Assembly: GCA_043228905.1 (NCBI GenBank)
Contig: JBHGNT010000005.1
Location: 14,942,001 to 15,006,000 of the forward strand
DNA from: Azolla caroliniana
Lineage: Eukaryota > Plantae > Polypodiophyta
Length of the DNA stretch: 64,000 nucleotides
Direction: 5' to 3'
Both the position numbers and the translations under genes were made by a program. Below are positions 24,644-34,421 of the stretch, in pieces (position 1 is the first letter of the stretch; every line of letters starts with the position of its first letter). The notes below the pieces were generated by a model. It searched no databases, was not told the DNA's origin, and saw only the letters and a list, made by a program, of their open reading frames with translations.

Positions 24644-25769
24644 CAACAATTGTTAGAGGCCGAACCGGACCCGATCCTACGAGTCTTAGAGGATGGTTCC
24701 ACGGAGCTTACGCCACCCCCATCTCCCATAATCACCATTTGGCTTTTGAGTATGTCACAACCTTCTTTAATGAATCTCCAATGATGATGGGCCCGAGCCT
24801 TGGCTTGGCTTTCCGGCACATCATCTTCATGAATATAAACATATCCAAAATCAAACAATATATCGGAAGGTACATCCAATACAACATGCTTGCGGTTCAT
24901 TGCATCCAAATACGGAACCACTAAACAACTTGCATTCTCTAACCCCCTCAATATTGTTTCCCCCAATTGAGGATTTTGCACGTATTTGGCAAAATACAAA
25001 ACTTGTCCTCTCATGGCCAACATAACATTCGGTTGATTCCATATGTCATTTCTCTCATAACCACATAATGGAAAGGAATAACCGACCAATGAGTTTTCCA
25101 CTTGTTTTTGTCTAAATAAAACATGGACCCTTATTGCATTGGGTTCATGAACATCTTTAACACCCAAATGTTTTGTGAACTCATGCCCAAAGGGGGCTGC
25201 ATAATCAAGTATGGAAAAGCCACCATTTCCGGTATCCTCCTTCAACATCCCACATGTTCTTATTGTGATCGCATTATCCAATTTTTGTGATTGTATTGTT
25301 CTTTTTGAACGAAATGTTTTTGCCTTGACACATCCATCATTTGGTTGGGTGGTACTAACAATTTTCCCCCTTATCTCAGTAGTGGATGTTGGTTGTTCTT
25401 GTGTATCAATTTCTATGTCCAATGCATTATACGCATTAGGGGTGAGACACGTCTCTTGCATAGGCACCGTACGTGTCTTCCATCCATGCTTAACCTTTAC
25501 ATTTATCCATTGAGTGTCTCTTGTTTCCCCTTGTGCCCGTACACCCATACAATCTGAGGCTAGTTTCTCTTGACATTTATCTGCCTCATGCCCTTCTTGT
25601 TTATAATATTCGCAACAACGTTTTTTTCCCCCAATTTAATATTTCTCCTTGGGCAATTCTTGGCTAAATGTCCCATTTGCCGACAATAGAAGCATTGTCC
25701 AGGGAGCCCGGCAAACTCCACCTTTTGTTCTATAAAATCCCTTCTTCATTTGGTAGCCTTACCTTTGTC
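24643..25769 (-). pseudogene. LINE ORF1, C-terminal part (zinc knuckles and C-terminal domain), two frameshifts in homopolymer runs
   Basis: TKVRLPNEEG / DFIEQKVEFAGLPGQCFYCRQMGHLAKNC (CCHC at 25653-25694) / CCEYYKQEGHEADKC, continuing in frame into ORF 24643-25548. Confidence 0.85.
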
Positions 25770-25802
25770 GATCTTGCCTCGATAACAGAGACTGGAAACG
25801 AG

Positions 25803-26406
25803 ATGGAGGAACAGGGAAGAGAGAGAACGCAGCAGAGAGCCACCTCAACGACACAACAGGGGAACTCTAAAGAAGCAGCCCCGCCAACAGAATCTGAGGA
25901 GCGGCCTCTACCGATCGTATTCTCGACAGAAGAAGAGGCTGAATTCAAATCAGAGATTCAGCGCCTAACTCAACTCTCGGTGATCTGCAGAGTGGTGGGA
26001 GCTCGGCCGAATAGAGGTGAGTGTAAAGATTTATTACAAGCATCTATGCATGGATTAATTGGTAGAATAATAGATGTCCAATTCATGGGACGAGGATTTT
26101 ATCATGTGGAATTGGATACAATCGAATCAGTGGGAATAATGTTGGAGCATAGTCCTCTTGATGTAAGAGGTGCCCGTGCATTTGTGATGCCTTGGAAACA
26201 AGGTTTTAATCCGGTGGAGGCAATACGGAAAGGAGATCGGATATTTCCGTTAACGATTGTCTTCCCGGGATTACGTAAGGAGTATTTACCGATGCTTGAA
26301 GCAATAGCTTCAAGGATCGGAACTGTAGTGAGGGTCCAAGAAAGTATGGCTATGCGATTAAGTAAAATGTCAGGATTTCCGTCAGCCCGAATCTTGGTAG
26401 AATCAC
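25803..26406 (+). pseudogene. LINE ORF1, N-terminal part (DUF4283/RRM-like), inverted relative to the rest of the element
   Basis: MEEQGRER...SVICRVVGARP..IDVQFMGRGFYHVEL..MPWKQGFNP..IVFPGLRKEY..IASRIGTVV..ARILVES is the usual plant L1 ORF1 pattern that precedes the zinc knuckle. Confidence 0.85.
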
Positions 26407-26429
26407 ACATAAAAAATATATTTACATAA

Positions 26430-26911
26430 GGGTAATTATCAATTATGTTATAGAAAAAAATTACATAAGCCCATGAAATATTAGATATTTCAATGAGATA
26501 ATAAAGAATATATTGTGCAAACAATAGTCAAATTTGGAGTGGCATACATACATACATACATATACATGCATACAAGCATATATGTACCTACATTTAAACA
26601 TTACATCCATAAATATGTATATACATACATTACACCCATTTATACATGCATACTGACTAAACATGAATATGTATAGAAATATATATTACCATATGTAGAT
26701 ATGTACATACACATACATAAATACAAATATGTAAATGCATACATGCTACATACATATTATAATAAGCCATATGTATTGACAAATGTTAATACATGCATAA
26801 AAATTTCATATTACATATCATATGATCCATTCATATTACACAATATACAAATTTACATACACATACATACACTGCATTACATATATACATATACATACAT
26901 ACATACATACA

Positions 26912-26947
<36 letters not shown>

Positions 26948-27477
26948 TATTACATATGTACATACATATTCCACATATCGCCATATATATATATATATAT
27001 ATATATAGGTTATATGGAACCATACAACCTACAATACTTACATATATACATACATACACACACACACACATCGGATATATGACTGCATATTACGTACATA
27101 TTGAAAACATAAATTCATATACGATCCATACACATACTAGACATGAAAATATCCCAAAAATAATACATTACATATATACACATACGTACATTCATACATG
27201 TACATGCATATATTCATTCATAGATGGCTACACATATATACGTACATATGCCTACAATGTTACATATACAAATTTTACAAACATACATCCATACACATAC
27301 ATACATACATTACATATGTACATACATATCACCACATACACGAACATAGACACACACATGGTCATACACACTATAATAGTACATATATGCATACACATAC
27401 ATACATTAGATATATACATACATATTATGCACATATTATAAACACACATCCAGACACATTAAATCATGTGCATTGAC
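26430..27477. repeat. CA/TA-rich low-complexity tract (ACAT, AT microsatellites); continues at 34422-35580 beyond the gypsy insertion
   Basis: Directly visible. Confidence 0.9.
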
Positions 27478-27481
27478 ACGT

Positions 27482-28095
27482 TGTCGTGAAGAAAACCGTC
27501 CACAAGCGGAATCGGTGCACAGGAGCGTAGGAACCGGCTCTTCTCGAATGTTGTCCATAGAAGATCCTAGGCAGGTAGATTTAGTGGGTAGGAAGTAAAG
27601 GGGAAACGGCTCCTTCCTTGCCTATAAAAGGAGGGAGACGCGAAGGGGGAGGGCATCGCGGAGAGTCGAGGACGAAGTGCTGTCGGTTTAGGTGCGAAGA
27701 CTTTTCTCTCTCTCTCTCTGGTTCACAAGCTCCATAGCTTCCTTCTGTGCAGGTTTCGGGAGGCTCGCGCTGCTCTGAGGAATGCCCGAGTGCTTCCGGC
27801 AGCACCTCCAACCTACTCCTTCCTTCCTGTGTGTTTACGAACAGGTATCGGCATCTGTTCGCCGGCCTGTTCGGTTGTAATCGACTTCGCGTTTTGTCGT
27901 TTGTCTTTGTTAGTACATACATACCTTCGTGTCTCTCTGTGTCGCTATCCCACTCGCGTCTTTGTGTCGAAGGGCCGTGTCCCTGTGAATCTACTCTCGC
28001 ACGTAGTGGGTCTCTTCTCTTTTCTCTCTTGCTCTTCGGTACAGGACCCCCGAGGTCCCGCCTCATTCCACGCATCCGCGAGGAATACCTCGACA
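27482..28095 (+). repeat. 5' LTR
   Basis: Direct repeat of 33804-34417; TATA-like CCTATAAAAG at about 27621. Confidence 0.97.
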
Positions 28096-28099
28096 TCTT

Positions 28100-28117
28100 T
28101 GGTGAACCCGACATGAA
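28100..28117 (+). promoter_or_regulatory. primer binding site complementary to the tRNA-Trp(CCA) 3' end
   Basis: TGGTGAACCCGACATGAA matches 17/18 of the complement of the plant tRNA-Trp end TTCACGTCGGGTTCACCA (recalled); the second copy (49093-49110) matches 18/18. Confidence 0.85.
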
Positions 28118-28139
28118 GGAGGCGGCAGAAGAGCAGAAG

Positions 28140-30266
28140 ATGAAAGGGTCGGATCTTGCGGAGGCCATGGCTTCGGCCGTGGATCGGATATTGAGTACAC
28201 GCGAGGGCGCCGGCGCCCTCGACAGAGCCATTGAGGCGGTCGTCGGTACGATCGGCCGGTTCAGCGGAAGGGATGCCACGAAGTATTTGGCATCCTACGG
28301 GGCAGAAATGCTGATGCGGGACATTCCGGAAGAGAGGCGTCTTGCCGGGTTTCCTTGAGTGGCGATGCCGAGCATCCATGCGGAGGTGCTCGAGGTGCGG
28401 GCGGAGAGCCGTACCTGGGAGGAGTTCGAAGGTCGACTCCTGGAAAAATACGGGCTGGACGACGCGCTCCGGCTTTCGAAACGAGACTTCATGGAATGGG
28501 TGGAGTCCCCCGGCAAGGGAAGAAACGCGTTGGCACTCCTCCGGGAGTTCGAAGAACGCTTTGCGCGCCTTTCGGCGCTTGACCGAACCGTTCTGGATAC
28601 GAGCCGGGTCCTACTGTTCGTCAAGTCGGTGGACGAGCGAGACAGGGATCAAGTCGGCTCCTTGCTGGAAACTGAAGACGGGCTGACAACCGACTGGGCT
28701 GCGGTTAAGAGAGTCTGTGGCCATTTTGACAAATGGCGAGAATGGGCTGACAACGGGGCGGCTGGTGCGGGCTCTGTCACAGCAAGGAGACTTGAACTGG
28801 CACCGCAAGTGCAAAGGGAAGAAACCCGGGAATGGCTCGAAACCGGTCCGGCTTCGACCGGCATGGTCAATGGCTCGTCCGGAGGAGCAGCGCTGGAGGA
28901 GTTGACGCGGGCGATAAAGGATCTCCAGATCGCCCAGGCTCGAAGGGAAGGCGGTGAACCAGCTCGGGACCGACGGTCGGCAGCGGGGAACAGGTGCATG
29001 TGGTGCGACGAGGTCGGCCACATTCCGAAGGACTGCGGCGATTTCGCAGAGGCGTTGAGAAACAGGGTGGTGTACCTGTGGGAAGGCCGGGTGCACGCTG
29101 GCGACACTAGGAGGGCCCTGAACCGAAACGACGGGCGAGGAGGTATGAAGAGACTGATGGAAGAGGCAGTGGCCCGACACGTGGAGGCCATCCACTACTC
29201 GGCGTCGGCCGGTATTCGGGTCGGGGGCAGCGAAGCCCGAAAGGAGAGCAAAGACGGTTTCTGGTCGGCAATGCTGGAAGGCCTCGCCGACGCACGGCTG
29301 AGGAAAGATGAAACGGACCGCGCTGAGAGACGGGTCCGGGAAATAATCGGGTGGAGCGATCCGGTCGAGGAGAAGACGGGCTTCGTAGAGGCCTCCTGCC
29401 GGAACTACGAGGCTCTGGTAGAAGAAAAACGAGTGGGGAAAGCCGGAGCGGCCGGGCCCTCACAACGGTACGAGACCCGATCCGGGCAACGACGGAACGA
29501 TGCCGGTGGGTCCGGCTCACGAGATAACCCCAGGAAGGGCGGGTACCGACTGGGGACGGAAATAGAAAGGACTACGGACCTACGAAAGGTCCTAGAAGAA
29601 CGGATCCTCGACAGCAAAGTGGAGCTGTCATTACGGGAGGTGCTAGGGATCGCCAAGAAGGAGTTCCACGACTCCATTGTAGACTTGGTGAAACGGAAGA
29701 GACTGTTGATGGAGACGGAACCGGAAAGACCGGTGGAGGTGCGGACGACGCACATCGACAACTCGGCGCTGGAAGATGAGTGGGCGGAGAGCCACTATTC
29801 GAGGCCACACTGGGCCCGAGCGACCACGGAGACCCCGGTAAAGATCAGAGATGTTCAGGAACCGGTGGTGGCGTTGGTGGACCACGGTTCGGAAATAAAC
29901 CTAATGTCCATGGACTTCTATAAGAAGGGAAAATGGCCGATCAACACCAGGCACGGGTGGAAGATACGGGCGGTGACGCGCGCCACCGAGGAACTGCACG
30001 GGGCCTGCCCGAATGTGCGAGTAAAGATCGGCGACGTCGAGATTGACCAACACTTCTTCGTACAGGAGACGTCCTCGCATCCGGTCATATTAGGGGAACC
30101 ATACATCACGGCGGCGAGAATGGAGACCAAGGTGCTGGACAACGGTTCGGCCTACGCTAGGGTCAAAAGCCAGGACGGGCGCCATTCGGTGCAATTTCTG
30201 ACGGTGCAGCCGAACCACGAGAGAAACCGCGAATCCCTCGGTGGCGAGAGCCGGGAGGATTTTTAG
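28140..30266 (+). pseudogene. gag: gag-protease with one premature TGA at 28356-28358
   Basis: CCHC knuckle CMWCDEVGHIPKDC; protease-like ALVDHGSEINLM...VILGEPYI. The stop aligns with Arg (CGA) in the sister element. Confidence 0.9.
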
Positions 30267-30323
30267 AGAGGGCTGCCAAGGCGTGGGGCCGAGACAGCCC
30301 AGACACTCGGAAAAGACCCCACG
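30257..30323 (+). promoter_or_regulatory. candidate programmed -1 ribosomal frameshift signal (slippery heptamer plus pseudoknot)
   Basis: G GAT TTT TAG ends gag-PR; the -1 frame is open from 30257 into pol. Stems: GGGCTG/CAGCCC and CGTGGGG-CCGAG / CTCGG..CCCCACG. Confidence 0.75.
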
Positions 30324-33300
30324 ACTGTACGATAGGTAGGAAATTTTGCTTCTCCAACAAAGGGGGGTGTATGATAGTCGGCATCGTCGGCCGAGAAAAG
30401 ACAAGGGCGGAAGTGCGACTTCGAGCGTGCGGAGTTCTCGGCCCGGACGAGGAAATCAGTGGAGCCGTGGAGGCGGTCTCCTTCGATGACACCTTGGGAA
30501 TGCTGAGGAAGGTAGTCGGAGAAGACCTTAACGAAGACCGGACGATACCGGTATGTTCCGAAGAGATGTACGAAGTCATCGCGAGCTTCAGTCAGGGGCT
30601 CGGGTCGGATCGGACGGCCCGAGTTAGCACGAAGTACAAGAATGTGGACCGGAAGGTAAGGCCAGTCGCGGCACCCTTACCGGAGGGCAGCGAGTCCCGA
30701 ATCAGAGGGGTTGCGTCGGACCCCAGTTTACGAGATCCGGCTTGCATAGGACACACCTTCACCGACAGGACGCTCCGGGAGCTCAAGATCGGTGGGGGCG
30801 GGTTCCTACTGCCAGCGGAGGAAGACCGGTTTCGGAGAATGCTCGGAAGGCACGGGAAAGCCTTCGCATTCTCACCGGAAGAGATCGGGTGCGTAGACCC
30901 GACGATCGTGGAGCCGATGGTGATATTCACGGTACTGCATGTGCCGTGGAATCTCAAGCCGATTCCGGTACTGAGAGCTCACATCCCGAAGTTGATGGAG
31001 CTATTGAGGCAGAAAGTAGATATGGGCATTCTCGAACCGTCGAGTGCCCCATACTCGAACCGATGGTTTACAGTACCAAAGAAAAACGGAACGATGCGCT
31101 TCATTCAAGACTTGCAGTCGGTCAACAGAGTGACCATTCGGAACGCAGGAATCGGACCGACCATAGACGAGTTCGCGGAGGCCTTCGCCGGGAGGTCGAT
31201 TTACTCGGTCGGTGATCTGTACTCGGGGTACGACCAGTTCCAGCTAGCCGTGGAGAGCAGAGACATTACTACGATGCGAACTCCCCTCGGCCTAGTGCGA
31301 ATGTGTACCCTGCCACAAGGAGGGACCAACTCGGTGGCTCACATGGTGAATGCAATGAACAAGGTACTAAGGGATTGCATCCCGGACATCACCATGCCAT
31401 TTCTAGACGACATCCCGATCAAGGGGTGCCCGGTGGAAGAGAAGGACGAGACAGTCGGGCCGGACGGGTGCCGGCGATTCGTGGCAGCACACATCGACGA
31501 CTGCGAGAAGGCGCTACAAAGGCTAGAGGATGCGAGGCTCACCTTCTCCGGGGAGAAATCGGCCTTCGGGCAATCAGAAATCCAGGTGGTCGGACACCTA
31601 TGTGGACCATATGGCCGGAAGCCGTCTCCGGCAAAAGTAGAAGCCATCTCTGCGATGAAGACCGACTGTAGCTCGGTTACAGAAGTTCGGAGGTTCCTGG
31701 GGGCATGCGCATTCTACCACATATGGATCTTGCACTACGCCCACGTTGCGGAGCCGCTATACGGGTTGCTGAAGAAGGGGCGGAAATTCGAGTGGCGAGA
31801 CGAGCACACGGAGTCGGTCCGGAAGCTGAAGGAAGCTCTTGCGGCAGCACCGGCGCTCCGGAAGGCTGTCTACGAGAAGGGTACCCCGGTATACATAACG
31901 GTGGACATGAGTCCGACCGGGATCGGATGGGTCGTCAACCAAGAAGACAAGGACGACATTCGGTTCCCGATCCGATTCGGCGCGAAGGTCCTCAGTGAGC
32001 GACAACGAGGGTACGCCCAGGTTAAACGCGAACTCTGGGGTATCGTTTCGGCAGTAAAGGCCGACAAAGACTACCTGATCAGGACAGAAGTGATTATCGA
32101 GACGGATTGCCTGCCAATTCTCGGCATGGTTTCCGGATGTGCGACACCGGACCTGGCAATGCTCAGGTGGATAGCGTACATCAAGTCCCTGGATCCGGAA
32201 ATACGACACATTTCCGGAAAGGACAACGCCATGGCCGACATGCTTTCGAGGGCGAGGTTTGATGACGAGGAAGGCATGGTTTCGGAGGATGAAGAAGTCG
32301 GCATGGACTTCTTCGAGGCGGCGTACGTGACGACCGATGGGACGAGCACTCCGGCACTTAACGACTTCGACGAGAGCAAGTACGACGGCGAGTGGCTCCA
32401 GATCGGTGGATTCTTGAGGACAATGACGCCGGATGCGTCATGGACGAAGGACGAGGCCAAGCGGATCCGGAAGAAAGCTTACCGATTCTTTCTCCGGGAT
32501 GGATACTTATGGAAGCACCCGAAGAAGAGGGACGACGTTCCGCTCCGGGTGGTGGCGATGAAGGAAGAACAGGAGGAGCTGCTGACGGCCTACCATGACA
32601 GCCCTTGGGCCGGACACCGTGGAACCTGGGCCACGTTCGAGAAGATAAAGGGGAAGTACTGGTGGCCGGGACTGTACCGGGACGTGCATCGATTCGTGAC
32701 AACTTGCGAGAGCTGTCAGATGCACTCCGTAGTCCGACACCGGGACGAACTTCACCCTACGTACCCTCCGACCATCCACTTCAAATGGATGGTAGACCTG
32801 GTAACGATGCCGATAGGAGTAGGAAAGATGCGGTATCTGGTCCTAGCTCGGGAAGATCTGACGAACCAGGTTGAAGGTCGGGCCCTTCAGAACAAAACGA
32901 CTGCAGCCGTATGTCGGTTCCTGCTCGAGGACGTAATATGCCGGTACGGGTGCGTCGGGAAGATCGTGGCTGATCGCGGGGAGTTGGACGCCGAAGAGGC
33001 CGAGGAGCTGTTCGACCGGTTAGGGGTCAAGCTCTCGCTTACCACTGCGTACAATCTGGAGGCAAATGGGAAGGTGGAGCGCGGACACGGACCGATCGTC
33101 AAGGCGTTAGTTCGGGCATGCGGAGGGCAAGTCGGGAACTGGCCACGGCTGCTGCCTTACGCGTTGTGGGCTGACCGAACTACGCACAGTTCGGTAACCG
33201 GATTCATGCCGGCAGAGCTCATGTTTGGGCAGAAGCCGGTCATGCCGATGGAACGTACGATCTCCTCATGGGCAACCGTGGACTGGAGAGACGAGATGAG

Positions 33301-33811
33301 CCGGGAGGAACTGTTGGCGGCGCGCATACGACAGCTCGAGCGAAGACCGGAGGACGTGGAGCAGGCTGCGGAAAAGCTTCGGGAAGCAAGGATGAGGAAC
33401 AAAGCCCGGTTCGACCGAACGCACCGGCTCCGACCGAAGAAGATCGAGGAAGGCGACTGGGTGCTAGTCTATGATAGCAACCTTGACAACCAGCACCGAG
33501 CGACACGGAAGTTCGCAAGAAGGTGGTTCGGGCCTTACGTGGTACAAAGCGCCAACGACAACGGGACGTACCATCTGGCGGAACTCGACGGTACGAGAAT
33601 GGCGATACCGGTAGCGGGGAAGCGGATCAAAGCGTTCAAGAAGCGTCACGACGACGAGCCGGATCCGGTTGACCTGAACCGCGACGACGAACGATCCGAA
33701 ACCGAGGAAGAACCGGCGAGCGGGGAAGGAAGGCTGGACCGGTTTTCTCCATCCCAACTCAATTTGGCGCATGCCGGTGGATGCGCGGTTAGGTGGGGGC
33801 GGATGTCGTGA
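30257..33811 (+). CDS. pol: pol (RT-RNaseH-integrase) in the -1 frame relative to gag; first ATG at 30371
   Basis: DLYSGYDQ, LPQGGTNS, FLDD (RT); YAQVKRELWG, ETDC, NAMADMLSR (RNase H); H..H..CESC, MVDL, ADRGE, GKVERGH (integrase). No chromodomain. Confidence 0.95.
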   Translation, partial: GFLERAAKAWGRDSPDTRKRPHDCTIGRKFCFSNKGGCMIVGIVGREKTRAEVRLRACGVLGPDEEISGAVEAVSFDDTLGMLRKVVGEDLNEDRTIPVCSEEMYEVIASFSQGLGSDRTARVSTKYKNVDRKVRPVAAPLPEGSESRIRGVASDPSLRDPACIGHTFTDRTLRELKIGGGGFLLPAEEDRFRRMLGRHGKAFAFSPEEIGCVDPTIVEPMVIFTVLHVPWNLKPIPVLRAHIPKLMELLRQKVDMGILEPSSAPYSNRWFTVPKKNGTMRFIQDLQSVNRVTIRNAGIGPTIDEFAEAFAGRSIYSVGDLYSGYDQFQLAVESRDITTMRTPLGLVRMCTLPQGGTNSVAHMVNAMNKVLRDCIPDITMPFLDDIPIKGCPVEEKDETVGPDGCRRFVAAHIDDCEKALQRLEDARLTFSGEKSAFGQSEIQVVGHLCGPYGRKPSPAKVEAISAMKTDCSSVTEVRRFLGACAFYHIWILHYAHVAEPLYGLLKKGRKFEWRDEHTESVRKLKEALAAAPALRKAVYEKGTPVYITVDMSPTGIGWVVNQEDKDDIRFPIRFGAKVLSERQRGYAQVKRELWGIVSAVKADKDYLIRTEVIIETDCLPILGMVSGCATPDLAMLRWIAYIKSLDPEIRHISGKDNAMADMLSRARFDDEEGMVSEDEEVGMDFFEAAYVTTDGTSTPALNDFDESKYDGEWLQIGGFLRTMTPDASWTKDEAKRIRKKAYRFFLRDGYLWKHPKKRDDVPLRVVAMKEEQEELLTAYHDSPWAGHRGTWATFEKIKGKYWWPGLYRDVHRFVTTCESCQMHSVVRHRDELHPTYPPTIHFKWMVDLVTMPIGVGKMRYLVLAREDLTNQVEGRALQNKTTAAVCRFLLEDVICRYGCVGKIVADRGELDAEEAEELFDRLGVKLSLTTAYNLEANGKVERGHGPIVKALVRACGGQVGNWPRLLPYALWADRTTHSSVTGFMPAELMFGQKPVMPMERTISSWATVDWRDEMSREELLAARIRQLERRPEDVEQAAEKLREARMRNKARFDRTHRLRPKKIEEGDWVLVYDSNLDNQHRATRKFARRWFGPYVVQSANDNGTYHLAELDGTRMAIPVAGKRIKAFKKRHDDEPDPVDLNRDDERSETEEEPASGEGRLDRFSPSQLNLAHAGGCAVRWGRMS

Positions 33812-34417
33812 AGAAAACCGTCCACAAGCGGAATCGGTGCACAGGAGCGTAGGAACCGGCTCTTCTCGAATGTTGTCCATAGAAGATCCTAGGCAGGTAG
33901 ATTTAGTGGGTAGGAAGTAAAGGGGAAATGGCTCCTTCCTTGCCTATAAAAGGAGGGAGACGCAAAGGGGGAGGGCATCGCGGAGAGTCGAGGACGAAGT
34001 GCTGTCGGTTTAGGTGCGAAGGCTTTTCTCTCTCTCTCTCTGGTTCGCAAGCTCCATAGCTTCCTTCTGTGCAGGTTTCAGGAGGCTCGCGCTGCTCTGA
34101 GGAATGCCCGAGTGCTTCCGGCAGCACCTCCAACCTACTCCTTCCTTCCTGTGTGTTTACGAACAAGTATCGGCATTTGTTCGCTGGCCTGTTCGGTTGT
34201 AATCGACTTCGCGTTTTGTCGTTTGTCTTTGTTAGTACATACATACCTTCGTGTCTCTCTGTGTCGCTGTCCCACTCGCGTCTTTGTGTCGAAGGGCCGT
34301 GTCCCTGTGAATCTACTCTCGCATGTAGTGGGTCTCTTCTCTTTTCTCTCTTGCTCTTCGGTACAGGACCCCTGAGGTCCCGCCTCATTCCACGCATCCG
34401 CGAGGAATACCTCGACA
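33804..34417 (+). repeat. 3' LTR
   Basis: Follows the PPT AGGTGGGGGCGGA. Confidence 0.97.
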
Positions 34418-34421
34418 ACGT

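Larger units (their letters stand above)
20160..26407 (-). mobile_element. L1-clade LINE, near full length, with an inverted 5' segment (about 25771-26407)
   Basis: Poly(A) tail (T run 20160-20168), intact ORF2, ORF1 split across both strands, candidate TSD at 20137-20159 and 26408-26424. Confidence 0.92.
27482..34417 (+). mobile_element. complete Ty3/gypsy LTR retrotransposon (non-chromovirus, tRNA-Trp primed), TSD ACGT
   Basis: 614-bp LTRs at 27482-28095 and 33804-34417 (TGTCG...CGACA; about 11 substitutions counted by eye, all transitions). ACGT at 27478-27481 and 34418-34421. PBS, gag-PR, pol and PPT all present. Confidence 0.97.

Noticed and set aside
25668-25802. N-terminal 45 aa of the 253-aa plus ORF
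   Set aside because: Mostly the antisense of the zinc-knuckle region read across the inversion junction; the real start is ATG 25803.
26461-27476. His/Ile/Tyr/Thr- and Cys/Met/Val-rich ORFs (also 34666-35443 and 39112-39437)
   Set aside because: Translations of (CA)/(TA)/(ACAT) low-complexity DNA, not proteins.
28356-28358. Possible stop-codon readthrough in gag
   Set aside because: The sister copy has CGA here, so this is CpG decay.
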